64,000 nt of DNA from Desulfobacterales bacterium. Its GTDB lineage: Bacteria > Desulfobacterota > Desulfobacteria > Desulfobacterales > UBA2174. A program made the position numbers and the translations under genes. Under the pieces are notes generated by a model, which was not told the DNA's origin, did no database searches, and saw nothing but the letters and a program-made list of their open reading frames with translations. Below, one piece after another: positions 50,515-60,700 of the stretch (position 1 is its first letter; the number at the start of each line of letters is the position of its first letter). The stretch lies in assembly GCA_963668645.2 (NCBI GenBank), contig CAXXWC010000019.1, positions 640,001-704,000 of the forward strand, read 5' to 3'.

Positions 50515-50676
50515 CATTCCTATACCTATTCCTACCGGTGCTGTTGCCATAGCTACTCTTTCACATTGCCAGATCCTCCCTGGGTAAAAGGCTCTGGCCT
50601 TTAGCTTAGCACATTGTCCGATTTTCGGGGGCCACCGTCTAACAAATAATTAATATTTAAGGTCCCGTTCAATTGC

Positions 50677-51321
50677 TCACAGACTAAGCAAAAAACAAAA
50701 GGCTCCCAAAATAGCAAAATCATAAATCAATATAAATCCCAATGAACTTTTTAAGGCCACATTGCATTTATCTTCAGTTTTCTCCATAGCCAAATTCAAA
50801 TTTGATAGTAAAAGCTTATTTCCACCTTCCGGTGCACTCTTGAAGGTTGCTTCTATGAAGTCTCCTTTATCTGTAAATCCAAAATCAATTGCTTTAATAC
50901 TTAGCATTTCTTCCACCATTCTATCAGGAAGTGATTTCTTCTCTAATTCTAAGGAAACAGTTTTTTTAGTATATTCCCCTGCTGCCGGAGCCCTTACATA
51001 GTCTCCCGCAGTAAAATTAAAACTTTTTTTTATTCCTGATAAATATATACATTTTACCGCATTCCACGAAAATTCTAATTTGTGGGGCCTTACAAATTTT
51101 ATTATGTACAAAGAAATGCCATTTGGAAAAATTTTAGCATAAGGATATAGCGAAAACAATAAAGCCAACACCCCCACAAAAAACAAGTAATAATGCAAAT
51201 AGAAAAAATTGACCCCAATTCCCCTGTCGATAATAAACAAAGGCAAGCTAATTGACCAAGTTATCCGCCAATTCATTCTTGATCGACGAATAATAATATT
51301 TTTTTGATTACACATTGTCAT
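50677..51321 (-). CDS. Putative immunity protein for the orphan Rhs toxin (membrane protein)
   Basis: Directly downstream of the orphan toxin stop; AT-rich; N- and C-terminal hydrophobic segments. Confidence 0.62.
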   Translation of the reverse strand: MTMCNQKNIIIRRSRMNWRITWSISLPLFIIDRGIGVNFFYLHYYLFFVGVLALLFSLYPYAKIFPNGISLYIIKFVRPHKLEFSWNAVKCIYLSGIKKSFNFTAGDYVRAPAAGEYTKKTVSLELEKKSLPDRMVEEMLSIKAIDFGFTDKGDFIEATFKSAPEGGNKLLLSNLNLAMEKTEDKCNVALKSSLGFILIYDFAILGAFCFLLSL

Positions 51322-51338
51322 TGATAGAAATTCCCTAT

Positions 51339-52846
51339 CTATTCACAAGGATCTTCTCCCCAGTTATATTTTTGCATTTCATAGGCTATTTTTAGCAAAA
51401 TTATCGAAGTCAATCCTGGGGGGGCATTATTAAGAGCGCCCCCAAGTCCATTATAATCAGTATCTGACACAAACCATTGTGCAGGAGACCACGTCATACC
51501 TTCAGCATAGGCTTTACCATAAGATGTGGCCACTCTTTGTGCCTCTGCTGTTCTTTCACTCAACGGAGGGTAATAGTAATTTTTAAAATCGTTTATTGCA
51601 TTCTTTGTTCCATTCTTAATATCGCTTGCCATCTGAGAATATTGTTTTGACATCATTTCTTGTCGGGCGGCTATAGCTTCCGGCGATGGCGGAGTATATC
51701 CGGGTTGCGACCGTGCCCGCCCCTCGTTATGAAGGTGTTGATACGCTTGCATGAAACCCCAACCCTCCAATCCAAACGGGTCAATAAAGTTCACCGGATC
51801 ATTTTGGACATAGGCGTAAAGATTAATCTCCCCCTCCAACCCAATCGGATCCGCCGACAGATACCTCCCTGTCGTCGGGTCATAATACCTGTGATAGTTG
51901 TAATGAAAACCGGTCTCTTCATCGAAGTACTGACCGACGAACCGCAGGTTGAACTCGATGGCGGATGCCGGATTGACCACCGCCTCGCCCCCGGGCATGT
52001 AGACCGCCTCCCACACGATCCGGTTCTGCGCGTCGGTCACCGCCACCGGCGTTCCGATGTGGTCGTTTTGAAAGTAGTAGAACGCACCGGCCACCTTGTC
52101 GTACATCGCCAGGCGGTTGTCACCGCGGTACAAATACTCGCGCGCATTGATCCCGGCATCTTCCGTCTCCAGGATCAGGTGCCCGTCCTTGTCGTAGACG
52201 AACAGTGTCACCTCACCGCCCACCGCCTTGGCCACCCGCTGGCCCAGGCCGTTGTACACGTACTCGGCCACCAGCGACCCGGCCTCGGTGCAGCGAATCA
52301 AACGGTTGTCCCCATTGTACTCGAATCCCATCGAACCGCCAACCGTCCGGTTGCCCGCCGCGTCGTGTTCGTAATAGACTCCTTCCACATACTCCAGCCG
52401 GTTGGTCCCCTCGCTGTAAGTGTACCTCTCCAACGCACCGTTGACGATGTATTTGCTTAGCCGGTTGCCGGCAGCGTCGTAGCTCAAGCTCATAAGCCCC
52501 CAGCCTCCCTTCGCCGTCGTCAGCCGGTTCTGGGCATCGTATGCATAAGTGCGGTTGTCCCACGGCTGGGGGGGTGGGTCCAACGCGTTGCCAGCAGGTT
52601 GCCGTTCGAATCGTATGTAAACCGCTGCTCCCGCGGCATGTCCGGGTTGGCCACGGACAGGCGCCCGCGAAGATCGTGCGTCGTGGCGATCTGCCCGCCC
52701 GCCCCGTTGCCCGCCTTCTCGGCACGGCCGTATGGACGGTAGGCAAAGTCATCCATCAGGGTCGTAGTCAGGCTGTTGAAGGTGGTGCGCACCGCGTCCA
52801 CTGTACAGGCGCAGGCGTTGCGCTCAAAATCGAGGCTCCGGCCCAT
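51339..52846 (-). pseudogene. Orphan Rhs module (core 3' end + distinct C-terminal toxin), frameshifted at a G7 tract
   Basis: About 1 kb nearly identical to 55137-56141; RYYDPTTGRYLSADPIG...DPFGL; GG expanded to G7 at 52568-52574; toxin domain 51339-51767. Confidence 0.85.
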
Positions 52847-52862
52847 GTCAGGGTAGGATTAA

Positions 52863-53174
52863 TTACTGGCCGCTGCTGACCGTTATGACGGTCACCGCTT
52901 TAACCGGCAGCCGCATGCGGCACTTTTCCTTCTGAACCACAACCGCCGCCGCTTCGACGGCCACAACCACATAGCCGTCGGGTCCGAGGGGATCGCCCAG
53001 GCCTACCTCGAAGCGCGCCCCGGAAACGTTTTGCACCACGGCGCGGCCGGCGGCCGGGTTCGCGGACACGATACGCAGGGAACCGAATCCCGCCGATCCC
53101 GCCAGGCTGACGCCAACCGCGATCAGCAAGGTCATGATCACCAATGCAAATATCCATGCACGCTTCATCGTCAC
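52863..53174 (-). CDS. Small exported protein Y with PilP/GspC-HR-like beta domain
   Basis: N-terminal signal/TM; AVVQNVSGARFEVGLGDPLGPDGYVVVAVEAAAVVVQK follows the A.V....G..Y.VK.GD.LG...G.V..I....V.V.E pattern of PilP; start overlaps the X stop. Confidence 0.55.
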   Translation of the reverse strand: MTMKRAWIFALVIMTLLIAVGVSLAGSAGFGSLRIVSANPAAGRAVVQNVSGARFEVGLGDPLGPDGYVVVAVEAAAVVVQKEKCRMRLPVKAVTVITVSSGQ

Positions 53175-54268
53175 GGTCCTACATACGGGTTGTAAACGTA
53201 GTCCAGGGTCTGCGGCACCGGATTGGGCAGGGCCGGCCAGAGACTGTAATCAACGGCCGCTTGCGGGTCCGTCCCGCATTCCACTACCAGGGCGATCCCG
53301 CTGTGAACCAGTACCCCGCGGTGCGCCTCCACCGCAGTTGCGGTCCAACCCCCGGTTTCGCCTTCCTGGTTGATTACACCGTTGATTAACCCATAACTGG
53401 AAAACTCTCTGTCGGCCATGGCCGATTGGTTATGCATATGCACGTAGAAACTTTGCCCCTCGACAAGAAAAATCAGTTTTGAAAAAGAAGCGGCAGAAAG
53501 CGAATCGATCCTCGCCAGCCAGGTATCGCCAATCTGCGAGTTCGGCGCCAGGGTCACATAGACGACCAGATCGTCCCACGGGGCCTTGTACATGTCGTGA
53601 TCCTCGTCGCAGTCGCCGCAGTGCGCCGACTGGAAGGCAGCGTAGGTCATCAGCTTCTGCGGTGGGTCGCTGCAGTAGATGTAATCGGTATCGTTGAAGA
53701 TTGCCAGGTGGTGCGGTTCGTTGAGGTCCTTGGTCCCCTGGGCCACAATCGGTTTGGCATCGGAGCCGAACGTGCCCTGGTAAACCACCGTGAGCACCAG
53801 GTCGGTGATCCCGGCCGGGATCGGATTTTCTCTGAAATCGAACACCAGTTCCATCTCCCCGCCGGCGGAGAACTGGACCACATCGAGGCTCACCGAAGTT
53901 CGATGGGAAAAGCCCTCAGCGCGCGACTCCGGCGTGGGCGGGTCGTTCAGCAAATCCGGATCGTAGTCGGCGCGCTCCCGGAACAGGGCATAGGCAGTCA
54001 ACGTCCCCGAATTGAGGGCCGCACTGGTGATCCTGTTTCTGATCTTGGCCCGGATCCAGGGAAACTGCTGCGGCGATGCGCTGCCGTCGATGATCGAGTA
54101 GGCATAGTCCTCCGGCGGCAATATTTCCAGCGACTGCAAACCGAGGGTCTTTCCCGCAATCGACAGCATGATCGCGTCGCCGCAGTCGGTGGCCTCCGCT
54201 TTCGGCACAATAAAGGACAATAGTGCCGCTTCAATTACCAGAATTAAGGCGAATACATGGCGATTCAT
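53171..54268 (-). CDS. Secreted Rhs-associated hypothetical protein X
   Basis: Signal peptide ending AEA; ATGA overlap with the upstream immunity gene; paralogue at 46674..47756. Confidence 0.82.
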   Translation of the reverse strand: MNRHVFALILVIEAALLSFIVPKAEATDCGDAIMLSIAGKTLGLQSLEILPPEDYAYSIIDGSASPQQFPWIRAKIRNRITSAALNSGTLTAYALFRERADYDPDLLNDPPTPESRAEGFSHRTSVSLDVVQFSAGGEMELVFDFRENPIPAGITDLVLTVVYQGTFGSDAKPIVAQGTKDLNEPHHLAIFNDTDYIYCSDPPQKLMTYAAFQSAHCGDCDEDHDMYKAPWDDLVVYVTLAPNSQIGDTWLARIDSLSAASFSKLIFLVEGQSFYVHMHNQSAMADREFSSYGLINGVINQEGETGGWTATAVEAHRGVLVHSGIALVVECGTDPQAAVDYSLWPALPNPVPQTLDYVYNPYVGP

Positions 54269-54714
54269 GCATCCCTTCCTTTCGACCTTTCAGTGAAAAC
54301 TGTGTTAGACGCTGCTGTGTTTTTCCTATTTTTCGCCCCCTCTATTTCGTTGTAAATATTTGTCAGCGATTTTCCTCCAAAGGCAACCGTTGCCCCCAGC
54401 GAATAAACTGCAGCAAAAAGCACAAAGATATATGGGATAGATATTAAAATTCCTATGATTTTGATTGATTGTGGCACATTGAAACGTGCGATGTATATTA
54501 TCCAAAAAAAGTAGCAGAAAAGAACAACGCCGTAAATCATTGAAGTTGTTAAAAATAGGATTTTTATGACCCATATGGAATTTGACTCGCATGCTCTCCT
54601 GGTCTTTACTAAAAAAAATAATTTTTTGCTTACCCAATATGTCGAACCCAAAATAGGAAGAAGTATTATAATGCTTGAAAATACCAGAAAAAATAAGCTT
54701 TCTTTATAGCCCAT
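54265..54714 (-). CDS. Putative cognate immunity protein (3 TM) of the main Rhs toxin
   Basis: Directly after the Rhs stop, AT-rich, three hydrophobic helices. Confidence 0.65.
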   Translation of the reverse strand: MGYKESLFFLVFSSIIILLPILGSTYWVSKKLFFLVKTRRACESNSIWVIKILFLTTSMIYGVVLFCYFFWIIYIARFNVPQSIKIIGILISIPYIFVLFAAVYSLGATVAFGGKSLTNIYNEIEGAKNRKNTAASNTVFTERSKGRDA

Positions 54715-54745
54715 GATAGTAGACCCTCTTATCAGGAAAATATCG

Positions 54746-57700
54746 TTATGGACATGTCTTACTCATTTCTGGAGGACTGAACGGTGGATAGAAGGGAACA
54801 TTATAATCGGTAAATACGTTAACAAAGATATATGGAGGCGTCCATAGGATTAATCCGACAGGTGTAGTACCCGTCAACCATCCAACAAGTGGATGGTTGG
54901 GGTCACCAGCACCTACAAGGCCCATCGAGCTATCCAATAGATATTTCTCATAAGGAGTTGAGTACATATCTTTTGGAGGCGGGAGTATAGCCGGCTTTTC
55001 ATCCAGGGAAAATCCTACTTTAACGTACCAATTAACCTGCCGGCCAATTTTTTCTCCAAGAGAATCAACTAACCCCAAAGGATCTATTTTGTTGGTCGGG
55101 TTGTTATGGCTATAAACGTATAAACTTATTCCCCCGTCCAACCCAATCGGATCCGCCGTCAGATACCTCCCGGTCGCCGGATCGTAATAGCGGTGGTAGT
55201 TGTAGTGCAGCCCGGTCTCGGCATCGAAGTATTGCCCTGCGAAGCGCAGGTTGAACTCGATGGTGGATGCCGGATTGACCACCACCTCGCCCCCGGGCAT
55301 GTAGACCGCCTCCCACACGATCCGGTTCTGCGCGTCGGTCACCGCCACCGGCGTTCCGATGTGGTCGTTTTGAAAGTAGTAGAACGCACCGGCCACCTTG
55401 TCGTACATCGCCAGGCGGTTGTCACCGCGGTACAAATACTCGCGCGCATTGATCCCGGCATCTTCCGTCTCCAGGATCAGGTGCCCGTCCTTGTCGTAGA
55501 CGAACAGTGTCACCTCACCGCCCACCGCCTTGGCCACCCGCTGGCCCAGGCCGTTGTACACGTACTCGGCCACCAGCGACCCGGCCTCGGTGCAGCGAAT
55601 CAAACGGTTGTCCCCATTGTACTCGAATCCCATCGAACCGCCAACCGTCCGGTTGCCCGCTGCGTCGTGTTCGTAATAGACTCCCTCCACATACTCCAGC
55701 CGGTTGGTCCCCTCGCTGTAAGTGTAACTCTCCAACGCACCGTTGAGGATGTATTTGCTTAGCCGGTTGCAGGCAGCGTCGTAGCTCAAGCTCATAAGCC
55801 CCCAGCCTCCCTTCGCCGTCGTCAGCCGGTTCTGGGCGTCGTATGCATAAGTGCGGTTCTCCCACGGCTGGTGGGTCCAGCGCGTTGTCAACAGGTTGCC
55901 GTTGGAATCGTAGGTAAAGTACTGCTCCCGCGGCATGTCCGGGTTGGCCACGGACAGGCGCCCGCGAAGATCGTGCGTCGTGGCGATCTTGCCGCCGGCC
56001 CCGTTGCCCGCCTTCTCGGCACGGCCGTATGGACGGTAGGCAAAGTCATCCATCAGGGGCGTGGTCAGGCTGTTAAAGGTGGTGCGCACCGCGTCCACTG
56101 TACAGGCGCAGGCGTTGCGCTCAAAATCGAGGCTCCGGCCCGACGGGTAGGTCAGCGACGCCAGCCGCCCGGCACCGGTATAGGCATACTCCACGTCAAA
56201 GGCCTGCCCCAAAACGCTGGCCGTCTGGCTGACCAGCCGTCCCCGGCCGTCGTAGGCCCAGGCCGTGGTGCCCGAAGGATCGCTCATCGCCGTGCGCCGT
56301 CCCTTGCCGTCGTCGCCTTGGTCGTAGGTGAAGCCCACGTCCTGGCTGGCGTCCGGATAGTGCACGTCGCAGAGCCGCCCGAGGGCGTCGTAGACGTACT
56401 GGACCACGACGTTGTTGGCATCCCGGCGGCCGGTGAGGTTGCCGGCCGCATCGTAGATGTAGTGCGTAACGCCGGTGTCGGGCGAGTCCGTGGACACCCG
56501 CCTGCCCATATCATCGTAAGTGTATAGGGTCTGGTAGCCGTTGGGGTCGATCACCAGGACCAGGTTGCCGTGCCGGTCGTAGCCGTAGCCCGTGACCACC
56601 TCCTCCCCGGCCTCCAGGTGCTCTTCGGTGATGCGGCCGTACCCGTCGTGAACGTAAGTCGTCCGGGTGTTGCGCGGGTCGGTCACCGAGGCGATGTTGC
56701 CCTCCGGGTCGTAAGCGTACTGGGTCATGGTCTGGTCCGGATTGACCTGGCGCAGCAGCTTTCCCGGCAGGCTGTGGCCATCCCCGCTGTAGACGAACTG
56801 GCGCACATTGGTCTCGATGCCGTCAGCGCCTTGGTAGCGCTGGTCTACGAGGTTGCCCTGGACATCGTAGGCGAAGGTGATGGTGCTTCCGGTCTGGTCG
56901 CTCTGGCGTTCGAGGCGTCCGAACTCGGCCTCGTAAGTGTAGTCCTGGGTCACGCCGTCTTCGTCCTCGGTGCGGGTCACCAGGCCGGCCTCGTTGTAGA
57001 TCGTGCGCCGCGTGGTGCCGTCGGCCCCGAAAACGACCGCCGTGCAGCGGCCCCGGCCGTCGTAAGTGTACGACTCCTGGCGGCCGTTGACGTCGGTGCG
57101 AACGGCAGGCTGCCCGGCCCCGTCGTAGCCGACGAAAAAGGTCGTACCCACCAGGGGCCGGGTGACAGAGACCAGATTGGCCGTGGCATCGTCGTAACCG
57201 TAGGTCGTCAGGTCGGCGTCGCCCTCGATCGGTCCGTTCTTGAACAGGACCTGCCCGCGCGCATTGTAGCCGTAGGTCGTGACGTAGCAGTAGGGAAGCA
57301 GCGCCCCGGAAAGATCGAGGGTCAGCCCCTCTTCGACGAGCCGCGTCAGGCGCGGCCCCGGGGCCTGGTTGGGGTCTTCGTCGCCGTCGCTGTCGTAGTC
57401 CCAGGTGGTGATCTTGACCGCCTGATCGAGCAGGCTCTCCTCGCTGCGCGTCAAGGGGGTGTTCATCTCCGGGTGGTAGGTGTAGTTGACGGTGCGGGCG
57501 TTCTGACCCAAGGCGTCCAGGACGACCGTCGCCGGGTTGCCGCGCATGTCAAAATCCGCGTAACGGTGGACCATACCGCCGTAGGTTTCCACCTCGACGA
57601 GGTTCAGGGCCGTGTCGTAGTCCCAGCGAACCACGGTATTGTCCTTGTAAGGCGCCCAGCCCGGCCCGGTCTGGACCGTCACCCGCCGGCGGCCGGAAAT

Positions 57701-60700
57701 TTCACTGACGGTGTAGGTGCGCAAGGTGCCGTAAGCGTCGGCAACATCCACGGCAGTGTCTCCGTCGTAGGTCAGGGCAACCCCGCTGCCGTCGGAGGCC
57801 TCCGTCCGGAGGCAGCGGTCGGCGTCGTCGTATTCCCAAGTGGCGATCCGGTGGCCGGCCAGGTCGTACTGGCCGGTAAGGTTGCCCGAATCGGCCGCAT
57901 CGGTCCAGTCGTACTCCACGCCCGAGCCGTCGGCATAAACGACCCGCACGAGGTTGTCCCCGCCGTGTTCGAAGCGCACCCAGGCGGTGCCGTCCGGCAC
58001 AGCGGCCGTGGCCGGTCCGTACACGGCCCGCAGCCGTTCCTGGTCATAGCCGAAAACCAACTGGCGGCCGGTGGCCTCGTCCGTGATCCGCTGCGGCCGG
58101 TTCTCGGTGTAGGTGACCAGCAGCCGGTTGCCAACCGCGTCCTCGACGGCCGTCAGCAGCCCGTCGCCGTCGAAGCGGCAGGCGCTTCCGTCCGGCCGGT
58201 GCCAGAGATAGCCCCCCTGCACGGCCTCTACTTTGGTGTGTTCGCCGTATTCGCCGGTGAAGGCCGTTCCGCTTTCGACGAACAGGTGGTTGCGGCCGGT
58301 CTCGTCCACGATCAGCAGATGGGTGGCATCCGGCCGGCTCAGGCCGATCTCGTAAGTGTGGGTCCAGCCACGGCCCAACGCGCCGGTGCGGTTGGCACGG
58401 CTGTTGTAAACCGCGCCGAAAGAAAGCCCCCACCCGTGGGGCGAGGCAAAACCCAGGTCCCGGCGAGCAACCACCACGTTGCCGTTGGTCAGGCGCACCG
58501 TGCGGCCCACCAGGCCCCCGCCACCCTGCTGCTCGTCGAAGGCCAGGCCGAGATCGAGCCCCTGAAGGCTGACGACGGTAAAATCGATGGGCTGGACCGT
58601 CTGGTTGCCGGCGCAATCGGTGAGCACCAGATCGAAGTGGTAGGTCCCGTCGGCCAGGCTGGTCACGATGTAGCTCAGGGTGCCGTCGGTGATGGTTGCC
58701 TGGCCGGCGACATCGTTGCCATCGGTGTCGAGCAGGGCCACGGAGCAGATGCCGGCATGATCGTCGCCGAAGGCCGCCGTGAGGGTCAGCGAGGTGTCGG
58801 CCGTCTGGATGGCACTTCCGGCCAGCGGCCAGGTGGCGCTGACCACCGGGGCCTCACCGTCCACAATGATCGACGCGCGGGCCTGGTCGCTTCCACCAGG
58901 CCCGCTGGCCTCGACGGTGTAGACGGTGTCGGCCTGCGGTACGACCTGAAGGCTGCCGCTCATGGCCACGGTCCCGATCTCCGGAGAAATGACGCACTGG
59001 TCGGCGTTTTCGGCCGTCCAGGTCAACGTGGTGCTCTCGCCCGGCCGGATCGCGGCCGGTTCGACACTCAGCGAAACGCTCACCGGTGGAAAGGTCACCC
59101 GGGCGTAAGTCCTGGCTGTGCCGTTGGGCCCCGTGGCCGTGATGGTGTAGACCGTGTTGGCCGCCGGCGCCACCGTGCGGGTGCCGGAAAGGGGGACGGC
59201 GCCGATATCCGGCGAGATCTGGCAGGTATCGGCGTTGACCGCCTGCCAGCGCAGCGTGCTCGTGCCGCCGATGGCAATCTCCTCCGGGTCGGCCGTAAGG
59301 GTGACGAAGGGCGGATCGACGGCGACCGTGGCGTCAGCCGTGGCCGTGCCCAGTGGACCGGCGGCCGTCAGGGTGTATACCGTGGTCTGCAAAGGGCTGA
59401 CAATGGCGCTGCCACTGAGGTCTACGGATCCGAGATCCGGTGCGATGGTGCAGGCGGTGGCGTTGACGGCAGACCAGGAAAGGGTCGCCGACTGGCCGGC
59501 GCCGATGGCCGGCGGTGCGGCGCTGATGGCAGCGAACATGTGAGGATAGACGTAGACCTTGCCGGCTGTCGGAGCCCCGACCACGATCCAGCCGCCGCCG
59601 GTGTCCAGCGCCAGGCCGAACCCCTCTTCGGCCTGGGGGGCAGCCAGACGGCCGACCTGGGTCCAGGCGTCCTGTGCGACGCCGAACAGCACGACCCCGT
59701 CCTGCAAGCCGCAGACCGCACCCGTTGCGGCCATGGCCACGGGCCAGTAACCTGTGGTGGAGGCCTCGCCGAGAACGTGGGCATCGCGCGTCCACTCTCC
59801 CTCGTCGCTCGGCCTATAAAAAAGGGCCGTGTTGAAGCCGGCCGTAGGAAAGGCGCCCACCAGGGCACCTGTCTCGCCCAGGGCCACGGTCAGGCCGTCG
59901 TAGGCTTCGTTTTGGGAATCCAGCGGCGTAAAGCAGGCCTGCTGGACCCACCCTCCCTCGTCGCTCGGAGCAAAATAGTAGGCGGCTTGCCTGGACCCAA
60001 CCAGAATGTACTCGCCGGAAACAGCCACGAACTGGCCGAAATGATCACCGGCCTTTCCGTCTTCGGCGGTCAGACGTGCCACCTGCAACCATCCGCTCGC
60101 GGTGTGCGCAAAGACGTAAACCGCCCCCCGCTCTTCCAGTCCCCAGCCCATGGCGCCGACCACAGCCACGTCGCCGTCGATGGCCACGGACACGCCGAAG
60201 CCCTCTTCGGCCGTTGGATCGACAGGCACCAGCCGATCTTCCTGGGTCCAGGCGCTGCCCGTATCGCGCCTAAAGACGTAGGCCGCCCCGGTGACATCCC
60301 CGTCGGGCCGGGCCTGGGCCGCCCCCACGAGCACGGCGTCGCCGTCGATGGCCACTGCAGCACCGAACTGGTCGTCTTCACCGGCGTCGGTGGCCGTCAG
60401 TCTGGCCTGCTGGCCCCAGGCCCCTGCGCTGTAAACAAAAACCAGGGCCGCTTCGTCGGCTCCGGCCACGATGGTCTCGGCGTCCACGGCCACGGCCCGG
60501 CCTAGTTCGGGGGCCGCCTGGCCGTCGGAGGCGTAGAGTGTCTCACCGCTCAGAGCCGTTTGTGCGCCGTGATCCACGATCAGCGCATGGCGGCTGTAGG
60601 CCACCACGGGCGGATGCTCGCCGTCGTCGATCACCGCGTAGATGTAGTAACGGCCGGCCGGCACTCCTTCAAGGTCCCAGAGAAAGCTGTCGCCATCGGG

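Noticed and set aside
46674..54268. Diversity-generating retroelement (X/X' as template and variable repeats)
   Set aside because: No reverse transcriptase in the window; both copies are intact genes, and the differences include indels and are not adenine-specific
56570..60505. 1311-aa plus-strand ORF
   Set aside because: Antisense shadow of the GC-rich Rhs gene; no recognisable motifs
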